From Heterodontus francisci (Eukaryota): 63,877 nucleotides of DNA. Where the stretch lies: NCBI RefSeq assembly GCF_036365525.1, contig NW_027142279.1:124001-187877 (forward strand). The letters are read 5' to 3'. The translations under genes and the position numbers were made by a program. Positions within the stretch are counted from its first letter, which is position 1; each line of letters starts with the position of its first letter. The notes beneath the pieces were generated by a model. That model did no database searches and had not been told where the DNA came from. It saw only the letters and a program-made list of their open reading frames with translations. Shown piece after piece: positions 1-12,241 of the stretch.

Positions 1-513
1 TCCTATGTGGTTCTCAGTTTCTCCAGCTCCCTCTTTCACCTCACTCTGTCTCCCACTCTCTCTGATGTTCTGTCTCCCTGTCTGTCTCTCTGACTCTCAC
101 TTTCTCTTTCTCTGTCTCTCTCACAGATGCTCTTTGTCTGTCTCTCTGTCTTTGTCTTTGTCAGAGGGACAGAGAGCATCAGAGAGAGAGAGAGAGTGAG
201 AGTGATCGACAGAGACAGAGAAAAGGGCAGTGAGACCGGAGTAAACACGGAATGCAAATGATCCTGGGAGATGGAACAAGAGGCAACAGAGAAGAGAGTG
301 CAGGATAGAGGATGATAACACAGGGAGGGCAGATTAGAGGCAAGACGAGTTGAGATAGAGAGAATAACAGAGACTGATGAACAAACGAGTGGATGACAAA
401 CTGGAGGAAAGAGAGTTTAAATTAGAGAGGAGAGATCATTCGAAATACGTCCCGTGCCCTGTGCTAAACTCTGGGTGTGTTCAACCTGTTGATGTTGTGA
501 CTGTTGTGTTTAG

Positions 514-599
514 ATACCAAATACAAGAGGATTAATGTGAAGATCACTTCAATGACTGATCTGGATGATGAAACTGCAAAGAGAATCGTTGTGGAGAGG
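514..599 (+). CDS. Penultimate coding exon of an upstream gene (DTKYKRINVKITSMTDLDDETAKRIVVER), possibly the C-terminal tail of a fish-type C-type lectin
   Basis: Acceptor ttgtgtttag (AG 512-513), donor GTAAGA at 600, open frame, phase 1 to 0. The K-x-K-R-I-x-V-K-I-x-S-x-x-D-L-D-D pattern recalls the tail of fish multi-CTLD lectins (recall, not searched). Confidence 0.55.
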
Positions 600-744
600 G
601 TAAGAGACTGCACTGTACTGAGGAGAAACACGGGAGACAACAGATCCTCCCTCTCACTGTCTGTATTCACTGAATGGGAACTCCAGGTCATTATTTAAAC
701 AGCTCTAATTCCCCCTCTGCTTATCTTCTGGTCCCCCAGATCAG

Positions 745-915
745 GCTTGTGAGGGGTTGAATGGGCTTCCTCCTGAGCCTGTGTGAAAGGCTGGAGAGGG
801 GGTGAGGGGGCTGAATGGCCTTCTCCTGTTCCTGTGCATTAACTCGAAAGAGGGGCTGAATGGCCTCCTCCTGTTCCTGTGTAACAGACTCGAGGGGATG
901 AATGGCCTCCTCGTT
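745..915 (+). repeat. Short tandem array of CR1 3'-tail-like units (gaggggctgaatggcctcctcctgttcctgtg)
   Basis: About 4 imperfect copies; a reverse-orientation counterpart lies at about 43940-44240. Confidence 0.55.
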
Positions 916-1303
916 GTACGGTAACCTCTCTCTGGTCTTCCCTCTCACTCTCCCCATTCTCTCTTTATGTCCTTTCTATCTCTGTCTCTTTCTCTGCCTC
1001 GCTCACCCACTCTGTATTTCTCTTTCTTTGTCTTTCTTTCTGTCTGTGTCTGTCTCTCCCTCACTGCATCTCTGACGACCTCTCGCTCTCACGCACTCTG
1101 TTTCTCTACCTCTGTCTCAATCCCTGTAGCTCTCCCACCCTCTCTCTCCTTCTCTCCCTCTATCTGAGTATCTTTGCCTCACCCTGTCTCTCACTGTCTT
1201 GCCCCCACCCTCTCTCCCGATCTCTGTCTGTATCCTCTCTGTCTCTTTCTATTCACTCCTCCCTTTGCAGTAATACTCATCGTTTCTCCTCTCTGTGATG
1301 CAG

Positions 1304-1399
1304 ATGAAGCACATGTTCCAGGATCAGTGTCCACACACGAAGCTCGAATTGGATCCAGAAGACGTTCAGTGCTCGGCTAGTGAGCCTGTGGAAGTGTGA
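1304..1399 (+). CDS. Terminal coding exon of the same gene (MKHMFQDQCPHTKLELDPEDVQCSASEPVEV*)
   Basis: Polypyrimidine tract plus CAG at 1301-1303; phase 0 matches the 514-599 exon; ends at TGA 1397-1399. Confidence 0.5.
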   Translation: MKHMFQDQCPHTKLELDPEDVQCSASEPVEV

Positions 1400-2024
1400 A
1401 GGTGTTTGGACATGTCAACAAGCACCCGACACGTGTGATCCAGTCTCTGTGTGTTTTACATCCTCACTCAATCACTGTACCATCTTATCTTCACCTTGTT
1501 TAACTCAAGGAAATTGTCAGCAAAGGGTTAATCTCCGACTAGAAGTATGCTAATGTTAAACTGTAATTGGTCTGTCTTTATACTGCAGGGGTGTGGGAGC
1601 TTTACGCTATTGCTTTGTTAAATAGAGAACTACGATCCCATTTGTGTACAGTGACCACTGGTCAGCTGAACCCAGACTAACCTGACAGCTCTGGCCAGTT
1701 TCAGGATGAAGTGATCTCAGGTTTAATGAGGGAGTTTCTTTAAAGATCTACCATTGAGTAGAGGTCCCTAAACTTCATGGAGCTGTCAGCACTGAGAATA
1801 GGGGCAAGGAAAACAGTTGGTCCTTGTCCAAGGAGGACCTCAGGGTAGATAACATCTTTTAAATTGAGGGTTCATGCAGAATGGGGGATTGGTTGATGCT
1901 GAACTTTGCAGAATCAAAATATATTGAAAAGGAAAGCTTTCATTGAGTACAAAGCATTTATGTGTGGCATATGTCAAATGTTTAATAACAAAGGAAGGGA
2001 GTTATACTGAGCTCAGGAACCTAA

Positions 2025-2550
2025 TGCTGACAACACTCCATCTCAATAACACCTCTGTGAATGCTTCCATTGTCTCTGCTCTGCCACACTGCTTGTCTAA
2101 CATCCAATACTGGATGAGCAGTTATTTTCTCCTACTAAATATTGGGAAGACTGAAGCCATTGTCTGTGATCCCCGACACAAATGTCATTCTTGGACCACC
2201 GACACCATCTCTGGTACCTGTCTGAAACTGATCAAGACAGTTTTTAGCCTTTGTTGTTGTGTTTGACCCCGAGATGAGTTTCCGACCACATATCCACACC
2301 ATCACCAAGACTGTCCATTTCCACCTCCACACCATCTCTCGACACCGCCCCTGCTTCAGCTCATCTGCTGCTGGAACCCTCATCCGTGCCTCTGTTACCT
2401 CCAGACTGGACTATTCCAATACTCTCCTGGCCAACCGCACATCCTTCACACTTCCTGATCTTTTACTCATACAAACATTTGCTGCCTGTGTCTTCACTCA
2501 CTCCGAACCCTGTTCACCCATAACCCCTGGAACTATTGCCATTCACTGAC
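2025..2550 (+). mobile_element. L2-like LINE ORF2 fragment
   Basis: Translations CLSNIQYWMSSYFLLLNIGKTEAIV and ASVTSRLDYSNTLLA match the L2-clade RT C-terminal region; frameshifted. Confidence 0.75.
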
Positions 2551-2587
2551 TCCCTGCTCCTCTCCAATTTCCCAATATTAACATCCT

Positions 2588-3111
2588 GATCAGTCTGTTG
2601 AACTGTTGTGAAATGACTCATTGGTCACAACTCTCTCGTGCAACAATGTAAAACGTCTGCAATAAGTGAACATGGCTGTGTATCTTCCATTGATGGACAT
2701 TCAAACAAGGAGAGCTGCAGCATGGAAAGGCCTTTTAACGTGTTTGACTCCCTGACCACCCAGTGTGATTGCAAATCTGATTGTAAACTGTGTGTTTAAA
2801 GTTTTATTGCATTCTCTGTCTGCTCAATATATCTATGAATATTGAACCTGACCGTCTCAAGAAGCTGATTGATTTTGCTGGAATGGCTTTCCCATCTGAT
2901 CATGGAAATCCAGTGTTTTTTTGTTCAGGGAGGGAACACTCACTGTTAAATGATTGCTGAGGGCTGAGATCATAAGGGATGTGACTGTACGTAGTGGGAC
3001 TGCCCAGCATTCCCCAAACCTTGTGCTACTCCATTCTATTCTGGTCTGTGCTTCCACCCTGGATAATCCAGCTCATTCAAGGCCTGACAGAGGAAAATGA
3101 GAAATCCTGGC
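2588..3111 (-). repeat. Copy A of a ~520-bp inverted duplicated segment
   Basis: Highly similar reverse complement of 10542-11063 along its length. Confidence 0.9.
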
Positions 3112-4715
3112 CTTTCAAAAGGCATTTGATACAGTTCCACGCATCAGACTTGTGAGCAAACATGTAGCTCTTGGAATACAGAGGACGGTAGCAACATGGA
3201 TTACGAAATTGGCTGAGTGACAGGAAACAGAGAATAGTGGTTAATGGATGTTTTTCGGGCTGGAGAAAGGTTTGTAGTGGAGTTCCCCAGGATCAGTGTT
3301 GGGACCCTTGCTTTTCCTGATATATATTAATGTCAAAGACCTCGGTGTACAGGGCACAATTTCAAAATTTGCAGATGATACGAAACTTGGAAGCATTGTG
3401 AACTGTGAGGAGGATAGTGTAGAACTTCACAAGGACAGAGACAAGTTGGTGGAATGGGCGGACAAGTGACAGATGAGGTTCAATGTGGAGAAATTTGAAG
3501 TGATTAATTTTGGTCGCAAGAACATGGAGAGACAATATCGAATCGAGGTTACAATTCTAAAGGGGGTGAAGGAGCAGAGAGACCTGTGTGTATCTGTGCA
3601 TCAGTCATTGAAGATGGCAGGACTGGTTGAGAGAGTGGTTGATAAAGCATACAGTATCCTGGGCTATATTAATAGGGGCATAGATTACAAGAGCAAGGAA
3701 GTTATGTTGAACCCGTATAAGACACTAGTTTGTCCTCAGCTGGAGTATTGACTCCAATTCTAGGTGTTGCACTTGAGAAAAGATGTGAGGGCATTTGAGA
3801 GAGTACAGACGAGATGCACAAGAATGGTTCCAGGGTTGAGGAATTTCAGTTATGAAGATAGATTGGAGAAGTTAGGACAGTTTTCCTTGGAGACGAGAAG
3901 GCTGGGAGGTGATTTGAGAGAGATATTCAAAATCATGAGGGGCCTGGACAGAGTAGACACTGTTTCCACTCGTGAAAGGATCGAGAACGAGAGGGCACAG
4001 ATTTAAAGTATTTGGTAAGAGAAGCAAAAGTGACATGAGGAAACAAGTTTTCATGCAGCGAGTGGTTAAGCTCTGGAATGCGCTGCTTGAGAACATGGTG
4101 GAGGCAGATTCATCTGAAACATTTAAAATAAAATTAGACAGTTACATAAAATGGAAGAATTTGCAGGGTTCCAGGAAGAGGCCGGGGGAGTGGAACTGAG
4201 GGAGTTGCACTTTCAGAGAGCCGGTGCAGACACGATGGGCCGAATGGCCTCCTTCTGCGTGGTCACAGTTCTGTGATTCTACGATTATTATGAGGAACGT
4301 TTGAAGAGGTTGGGCAGATACTCATTGCAGTTTAGAAAAATGAACCATGTAAGATTCTGACAGGGCTTGACTGGGTAGATGCTGAGTGGATGTTCCTCCT
4401 CGTGGGGGAATCTAGAACTTGGGGGCACAATTTCAGAATAAGGGGGTCTCCCATTTAAGACGGAGATGCGGAGGATATTTTTCTCTCAGAGAATTGTGAG
4501 TCTGTGGAACTCCGTTCCCTGGAGAGCAACGGAGGCTGGGTCATTGAATATATTCAAGCCTGAGTTTGACAGATTTTGATTCTACAAGGGTGTCATGGTT
4601 ATAGAGGGCAGAAAGGAAAGTGGAGTTAAAGCGACAATCAGATCATCCATGATCTTATAGAATGGCTGAGCAGGTTCGAGGGGCCGAATGGCCTACTCCT
4701 TGCTCCCATTTCGTA
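3112..4715 (+). mobile_element. CR1-type LINE 3' fragments (two adjacent copies)
   Basis: SGVPQ, KFADDTKL and YKTLVxPQLEY motifs; CR1 3' tails gggccgaatggcctccttct (~4237) and gggccgaatggcctactcct (~4681). Confidence 0.85.
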
Positions 4716-5119
4716 TAATCTTACTGACTGCCCAATTCAATATCGGGGTAGTTAAAGTCTCAAATCATCACATAATTTTTTTCACCCTCAGTTATTTCTT
4801 TTCAGCTCTGCTCCTCTGTGTCCTTCCTGCTCTATGGCAGCTGATAAAATACCTGCAAAGTAAAAATGTTTGTCAGAAGATGCTCACAGTCGTAGAACAG
4901 TGGACTGTTCATATCAGAGGCACAGATAAGATCTCCCACAGGCCACAGGTACACATTCAGCAACATATGCAAACAACAATGAGCAAAGCCAGAGAGCTGG
5001 GAGAAGGCTTGTGTAGGCAGTACACACGACACTGTGAGGCCCCTGAGCAGATATCAATGTCCCTGCTGCGGCCACCAGTGGTTGAACGATTAAGGTCGGG
5101 GTTGCTCAAAAGCCCAGTA

Positions 5120-6098
5120 TTAGAGGAGTGCAGAGATTGCGGGAGGTTGTCGGGGCTGGAGGACGTTACAGAGGGAGGGAGGGATTTAGGTGCAGGTGGA
5201 GGTTACAGAAATAGGGAGGGCTCGAGGTGCTGGAGGTGGTAAAAGATATGGAGGGCTCTAGGGACTGGAGGAGGTTTCAGAGATAGGGGGGCTGTTGGGG
5301 CTGGAGGCAGATACAGAGATAGGGAGGGTTTTCGGGCTGGAGGCTGTTACAGAGTTAGGGAGGGTTGCAATGGGTGGAGGAGGTTACAGAGATAGGGACG
5401 GTTGTTGAGACTGCAGGAAGTTTCAGATATAAGGAGGGCTGTCAGGGCTGGAGGAAGTTAAAGAGATATCGAGAGTTGGAGGGACTGAAGGGGGTTACAT
5501 CGATAGGGAGTGTTGTCGGGCTGGAGGCAGTTACAGAGATAGGGAGGGTTGCAATAGCTGGAGTAGGTTATTGAGACAAGGGAGGGTTGTAGGTGCTGGA
5601 GGACGTTACAGAGGAAGCGAGGGCATTAGGGGATGGAGGCAGTTACAGAGATAGGGAGGGTTGTAGGAACTGGAGGTGGTTACAGCGATAGAGAATTTGC
5701 AGAGACTGGTGGAGGTTACAGAGATAGGGAGGTTTGCAGAGACTGGTGGAGGTTACAGAGATAGGGAGGGTTGTAGAGACTGGAGGAGGTTACAGAGATA
5801 GGGAGGGTTGTAGAGACTGGAGGAGGTTACAGAGATAGGGAGGGTTGTAGAGACTGGTGGAGGTTACAGAGATAGGGAGGGTTGTAGAGACTGGAGGAGG
5901 TTACAGAGATAGGGAGGGTTGTAGAGACTGGTGGAGGTTACAGAGATAGGGAGGGTTGTAGAGACTGGTGGAGGTTACAGAGATAGGGAGGGTTGCAGAG
6001 ACTGGTGGAGGTTACAGAGATAGGGAGGGTTGGAGAGACTGGTGGAGGTTACAGAGATAGGGAGGGTTGTAGAGACTGGTGGAGATTACAGAGATAGG
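5120..6098 (+). repeat. 37-bp minisatellite (gagatagggagggttgtagagactggtggaggttaca)
   Basis: Period 37 measured between 5761 and 5798; homogeneous from about 5700 to 6098 and degenerate upstream. Confidence 0.9.
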
Positions 6099-6560
6099 AA
6101 GGGGAAAGGCCATGGGGGGATTTGAGGACAAGGACGAGAATTTTAAAATGTGGATGTTGCTTGACCGGGAGCCAATGTCGGGCAGCGAGCACAGGAGTGA
6201 CAGGGGAACGGGACTTGGAGTAGCTGAAGACACAGGCAGAAGAGTTTTAGATTACCTCAGGTTTACAGAAAGTGGGAGAGCATCAGGAGTGTCTTGACAT
6301 TGTGAAGTCTAGAGCTGACAGAGGCGTGAATGAAGGTTTCAGCCGCAGATCAGCTGAAACAGGGGCGAGTTTGGGTGATGTTACAGAGGTGGAAATGGGC
6401 AGCGTTAGTGATGGTGCCTACATGAGGTCAGAAGCCCATTTCGGCATCAAATGTGACACCAGGCTTTCGAACAGACTGGCTTAAACTCAGACTGCTGCCA
6501 GGGAGAGGGATAGAGTCAGTAGTTAAAGAGTGGAGTTTGGAGCAGAAACTGGAAACAATA
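6075..6560 (-). mobile_element. L2-like LINE ORF2 fragment contiguous with the 37-bp minisatellite
   Basis: The reverse strand encodes FKILVLVLKSPHGLSPSYLCNL and SALDFTM-like L2 C-terminal motifs. Confidence 0.7.
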
Positions 6561-6574
6561 GCTTCAGTCATGAG

Positions 6575-7250
6575 GGCAGGACTGAGGGAGTGCTGCACTG
6601 TCAGAGGGTCAGTACTGAGGGCGTGTTGCACTGTCAGAGGGTCTGTACTGAGAGAGTGCTGCACTGTCAGAGGGTCTGTACTGAGAGAGTGCTGCACTGT
6701 CAGAGGGTCAGTACTGAGGGCGTGTTGCACTGTCAGAGGGTCTGTACTGAGAGAGTGCTGCACTGTCAGAGGGTCAGTACTGAGGGCGTGTTGCACTGTC
6801 AGAGGGTCTGTACTGAGTGAGTGCTGCACTGTCAGAGGGTCTGTACTGAGTGAGTGCTGCACTGTCAGAGGGGCAGTACTGAGTGAGTGCTGCACTGTCA
6901 GAGCGGCAGTACTGAGTGAGTGCTGCACTGTCAGGATGCCCTCTTTCAGATGTCACATTAAACAGAGACTCCATCCTCTTACTCCCGTGGATATAAACAG
7001 TCCCATTGGACTATTTTGAAGAAACACAGGGGAGTTCTCCCTGGTGTCCTGGCCAATAATTATCCCTCCATCAACGTCATTAAAACAGATCACCTGGTCA
7101 TTCTCACATTGCTGTTTGTGGGAGCTTGCTGTGCACAAATCAGCTGCCATGATTCTTACATTACAACAGTGACTACACTGCAGCAAAACAAGCATTTCAT
7201 TGGCTGTGACGCACTTTGGCAGGTGGTCGTGAGGGACGATATAAAATAGC
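6575..7250 (+). mobile_element. DeuSINE/SacSINE1-like SINE with an internally amplified 33-bp tandem repeat (6575-6935)
   Basis: About 11 copies of gtgctgcactgtcagagggtctgtactgagaga, followed by the SINE body ttgctgtttgtgggagcttgctgtgcacaaat...acattacaacagtgactacact; a shorter copy lies at about 31290-31510. Confidence 0.65.
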
Positions 7251-8109
7251 CTGTCAATAACTCCCTCTTTCTATTTGAAATTGAAATTCCAAGTGAATCG
7301 CTGTTTAACCTGGAAGGAGAGTTTGGGGTCCTGGACGGTTGCTGACATATTGAAGCAATTTATCATGAGAATGATCTGTCTGGGACACTCAGTGTCCATT
7401 TATGATCTAATATAAACAGCCTATTGCTCAATACTGACACATTACTGATATGGGAGGTATTTATCCTGTGAATATTTTCTGTCGGATACTCAGTGTCCAT
7501 TAATCTGAGAGGATACAGAGCACATTGCCCCAATATGACCCAGTACTGATGTCGTGCTTGTCAGATGAGTCTCACAGACTGAGGACAATGGACTGTTTCG
7601 ATCAGAGGCACAGAGAGGATCTCCCGAAAAGGCACCGGTACATATTCAGGGACATAGGCAAACAAGAGTGAAGACAGCCAGAGAGAGAGAGAGAGAGGGA
7701 GAGAGCTGTGAGAGTCTCTGTGTAACCAGGAAACGTGACATTGTGAAGCCTCTGCCCAGCTATCAATGGACCAGAGACTGACTGCTGGTCACACCCTAAC
7801 ATTGGGACAGTGATGGGACTGCGATGGGCTCTGTATTTAAATGTCAAGTCAAACATTGCCAAGGGTGTATTTCTCGAAGCATTAGTCTGTATATCTGAGG
7901 GAGTTATTGACAGGCTATTGTCAAATACTGACCCATTACTGATATGGCTGGGATTAATATCAGAACCATAGCAAGGGGCTGATGGATTCAAACATGGAAT
8001 TCTAGGAAAGCTGGGCACAGCTTGTTCCAGGATTTCGGAGAGGAAAGGGAGGTTGGAGATGGGACAGTATTTTGTAAGGACAGAAGAGTCAAGGGTTGCT
8101 TCTTTTGAA

Positions 8110-8965
8110 GGAGTCATCGAGTCATTTACGGCACTGAAGAAGGCCATTCGGACCATCGGGTCCATGCTGGCTCTTCACGGTGCTGTGCAGTCAGTCCACT
8201 CCCCTGGCTCGATCCCTGTAGCCCTGCAAGTCTGTTTCTCTCAGGTGGCTATCCGACTATCTCTTGAAGTCATTGATCATCTCCGCTTCCACCATCCTGT
8301 GGGCAGTGAGTTCCAGGTCATTAACACCCTCAGTGCAAGGAAAGTTCTTCCTCATATTTCCCTGCATCTCTTACCCAAACCTTCAACCTCCTGATTGTAC
8401 CATTAGTTAATGGGAACCGTTTTTCCTTGTCTGAGTTATCTGTACCCGGTGCCTTTATTTATGAAGCCCAAGATCCCACATGCTTTCCTAACCAAGCTCT
8501 CACTATGTCCTGCCACCTTCAAAGATGTGTGCACATACACCCCTAGGTCCCTCTGTCCCTGCACACTCTTTACAACTGTGCCATTAAGTATATATTGTCA
8601 TAATCTTGCACATTTCTGTTAAACCTCCTTTGTTCTAAGGAGGACAACCCCAGCTTTTTCAACCTAACCTTGCAAATAAAATCCCCCATCACTGGAACCA
8701 TTCTGGTAAACCTTCTCTGCACACTCTCAAGGAGCCTCACATCTTTCCTGAAGTGTGGTGACAAGAACTGGACACAACTCTCCATTTGGGGCCTAACCAG
8801 AGCTTTATAAAGTTTCAGCATAGCTTCACTGCTTCTGCACCCGATGCCTTTATTTATGAAGCCCAAGATCCCACATGTTTTCCTAACCACTCTCTCACTA
8901 TGTCCTGCCACCTTCAAAGATGTGTGCACATACACCCCCAGGTCTATCTGTCCCTGCACACTCTT
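8110..8965 (-). mobile_element. CR1-type LINE fragments
   Basis: ORF 8570-8959(-) LYKALVRPQMESCVQF...LESVQRRFTRMVP; internal duplication of 8450-8570 at 8845-8965. Confidence 0.85.
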
Positions 8966-9269
8966 TCAGCCTCCAGTTCCTTCGGGAACACTGATACAAA
9001 GTTCTCATTAAGTATATTAGCTTTGCCCTGTGCCTCAAAGCACATATTACACTCTCCGTCCTTACTTGACCCCTCTTTACCTCTTACTACTCACTTACTA
9101 TTTACGTGCTGGTAGAAGATCTTTGAGCCCCTTTTATGAATCTCCCTCTCCCCTTTCCACATTGAGGCTGAAATGGGCTTTGTTTGCAACGATTACATCA
9201 TCCAGGTCTGATCAGATACTCGGAGCTTTTGTGAACGAATTCCCATCAACCTCAACAAGTTGTACTATT

Positions 9270-9720
9270 TCCCCATTTGTCAGTGTTTTACCCCCTTCTG
9301 ATGTTGTTCAATTTGTTAGTGTTTTTCCCCTGCTGAAGTTGTTGCTGTATTTATTGTCTTTTTTTCACTGAAGTTGTTGTTGAACTTGTTGGTGTCTTTG
9401 CCCAGCTGAAGTTGCTGCTGCATTGCTTGATGTACTTCCCTAAAGTTGTTGGTGAAGTTGTAGGTGTTTCCCCTGCTGACGTTGTGAGAATATTAGTTGT
9501 TTTTTTAACTCCCCCCTTCCCCTAAAGTTGCAGGATTTGTTGGTGATTGCTTCCTGAAGTTGTTGTTGAATTTGTTGGTGTAATTTTCCTGTTGAAGTTG
9601 TTGTGATGTTTGTTTTTAATTCTCCTGAAGAAGTTGTTGAATTTGTTGGTGTCTTTCTGCTCCTGAAGTTGTTGTATTTGTTGTTCTTTTTCCCCCTCCT
9701 GAAGTTGTTGTTGAATTCCC
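9270..9720 (-). repeat. AAC-rich degenerate ~35-bp satellite
   Basis: Reverse complement of the 13950-14975 unit caacaacttcagcaggagaaaaacaccaacaaatt. Confidence 0.75.
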
Positions 9721-10541
9721 CTGTTCCTCCTGAACATGTTACACTCACCACCCCTCATGACTCAGCTTACACTATAAGTGTATCCCTGAGTGAAATCTCT
9801 CTAATGTGCAGGTAATATCTGCTTCCAGCGTCTCCCTGGGACCCTGTTCCACAGAGCGACCTCCTGCTCATTGAAATAACCTTTCTGCAGGTTCGTTTCC
9901 AGGTCAAATAATTAAAAAATTAAGTAACTATTACAACAAAGAGTATTGTCCCTTTTCCCTCAAGGGGGCTGGAATAGAAAGCGCTGGATGTTGTGTTACT
10001 GTTGTATGCAGCTCGGATTAGTCCCCTTCTGGAGAAACCATCTTCAGTTCTGTGCATCAAAACTCAGGAAGGATGTCTCAGCCTTGGAGGTAATGACACC
10101 AGGTCTGAAAGGGTTAAATTAGCTTCACAGTTTGCATGGCCTAATGTCATATTCTCTTAAGTATAGGAGATTAAAGGGTGATCTCATTGAAATATTTAGG
10201 ACGATTAAAGGATTCGATGGTGTTAATGGACAGAAACAATTTCCTCTGCTGGGGGAGTCCAGGGCAAGGTGGGGTGGGGCTGTTCAGGAGTGATGTCAGG
10301 AAACGCTGGTTCACACAGCAGGTAGTGGAAATCTGGAACTCTCGCCCTCAAAAAGCTCTACAGATGGGGGTGTGAGGGGGGTTAATCAGACATTACAAAG
10401 CAGAGCTTGCTAGATTGATGTTAGGTGAGGGTATTAAATGATATGGAACCCAGATGGGCAAATGGAAATAAGTTGTAGATGATCCATGATCTCCCTGAAT
10501 GGCGGAGCGAGCTCGAACGGGGCGAATGGCCCACTCCTGTT

Positions 10542-11063
10542 GCCAGGATTTCTCATTTTCCTCTGTCAGGCCTTGAGTGAGCTGGATTATCCAGGGTGGA
10601 AGCACTGACCAGAATAGAATGGAGCAGCACGAGGTTTGGGGAATGCTGGGCAGACCCACCATGCACAGTCACATCCCTTCTGATCCCAGCCCTCAGCAAT
10701 CATTTAACAGTGAGTGTTCCCTCCCAGAACAAAAACACTGGATTTCCATGATCATATGGGAAAGCCATTCCAGCAAAATCAATAAACTTCTTGAGACGGT
10801 CATGGTCAGCGTTCATGGATGTATTGAGCAGACAGAGAATGCAATAAAACTTTAAACACACAGTTTACAATCAGATTTACAATCACACTGGATGGTCAGG
10901 GAGTCAAACACGTTAAAAGCCCTTTCCAAACTGCAGCTCTCCTTGTCTGAATGTCCATCAATGGACGATACCCAGCCATGTTCACTTATTGCAGACGTTT
11001 GACATCGTTACACTAGAGAGTTGTGACCAATGAGTCATTTCACAACAGTTCAACTGACTGATC
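10542..11063 (+). repeat. Copy B of the ~520-bp inverted duplicated segment
   Basis: Reverse complement of 2588-3111; contains an acceptor-like ttttcctctgtcag and two AATAAA hexamers. Confidence 0.9.
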
Positions 11064-11639
11064 TGGGTGGAGATGTAAACATGTGCTTTTCACTTCCTCA
11101 GGAATACAATTCCGTGTCAGGAGAATCTCATCGGGCTCGCTGCTGATCAGTAACGTCAATTAATAAAGCTGGTCCCCTTACTTTTTCCGTTACACCAACA
11201 ACAACTTACATTTAAATAGCACACTTAATGCAGCAAAATGTCCCAAGGTGCTTAGCAGCAGTGATACCAATAAGAACATTTCTGACGTTTTTGGAAATCG
11301 AGCCACAGAACGATATTTCGGGCGAGATAACCAGAGGCTTGATCAAAGAGAGAGTTTTTAACGGAGCATTTTAAAAGAGGAGAGAGGGAGGTCGAGAGGT
11401 GGAGAGGGTTAGTGAGATAATTCAGGATCTTAATACCAAGTCAGCTTAAAGCATGACCGCCAATGGTGGAGTGTTAAAATCGGGGATACACAAGAGGCCA
11501 GGAATTGGATGAACACAGAAGATGTCAATGTCTTGTGGGGCTGGAGGAGGCAACAGAGATAGGGAGGGGTGAGGCCATGGAGGGATTTGAGAACAAGTCT
11601 GAGGAAGTTAATATTGGGAAATTGGAGAGGAGCAGGGAG

Positions 11640-12045
11640 TCATTGGATGTGGGTGTCACTGGCTAGGCTAGGCCAGCATGTATTATTTTTCGTTAATTGA
11701 CCTCTGAGAAGGTGGTGGTGAGCTGCCTTCTTGAACCGCTGCAGTCCATGTGGGGTATGTACACCCACAGTGCTGTTAGGAAGGGAGTTCCAGGATTTTG
11801 ACCCAGCGACAGTGAAGAAACGGCCGATATAGTTTCAAGTCAGGATGGTGTGTGGCTTGGAGGGGAACTTGCATGCAGTGGTTTCCCCATGCGTCTGCTG
11901 CCCTTATCCTTCTAGTTGGTAGAGTTCGTGGGTTTGGAAGGTGCTGTCAAAGGAACCTTGGTGCATTACTGCTGTACATCTTGTAGCTGGTACACACTGC
12001 TGCCAATGTGCGTCGGTGGCGGAGGGAGTAAATATTTAAGGTGGT
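11640..12045 (-). mobile_element. CR1-like LINE 3' end
   Basis: Reverse complement of the 22075-22600 element; a further partial copy lies at about 17410-17590. Confidence 0.7.
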
Positions 12046-12202
12046 GCTTGTTTGGTTTGATTATCCCAGCTGCTGTGGTGGGATTTGAGCTCCAGTGCTC
12101 TGCATCATTCGGTCGAAGCCTCTGGATTACTAGTCCCAGTAACATAACAGCTATGCTACCGTACCCCCAGAGACTGGGGTAAGATGTATTACACAATTCC
12201 CA

Positions 12203-12241
12203 AGTTTTTGCCCTGTTTCCTTCCATTCTAGTTACACTGTG
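12203..12241 (-). other. 23-RSS of the inverted pseudo-V
   Basis: CACAGTG - 23 nt - GCAAAAACT on the minus strand. Confidence 0.9.

Noticed and set aside
4688-5242. 184-aa ORF
   Set aside because: Starts in a CR1 tail and ends in minisatellite, with no recognisable domain.
6575-6935. Repeated CACTGTC heptamer-like motifs and a Cys-rich ORF
   Set aside because: SINE-internal 33-bp repeat; the heptamer does not end in GTG and there are no nonamers.
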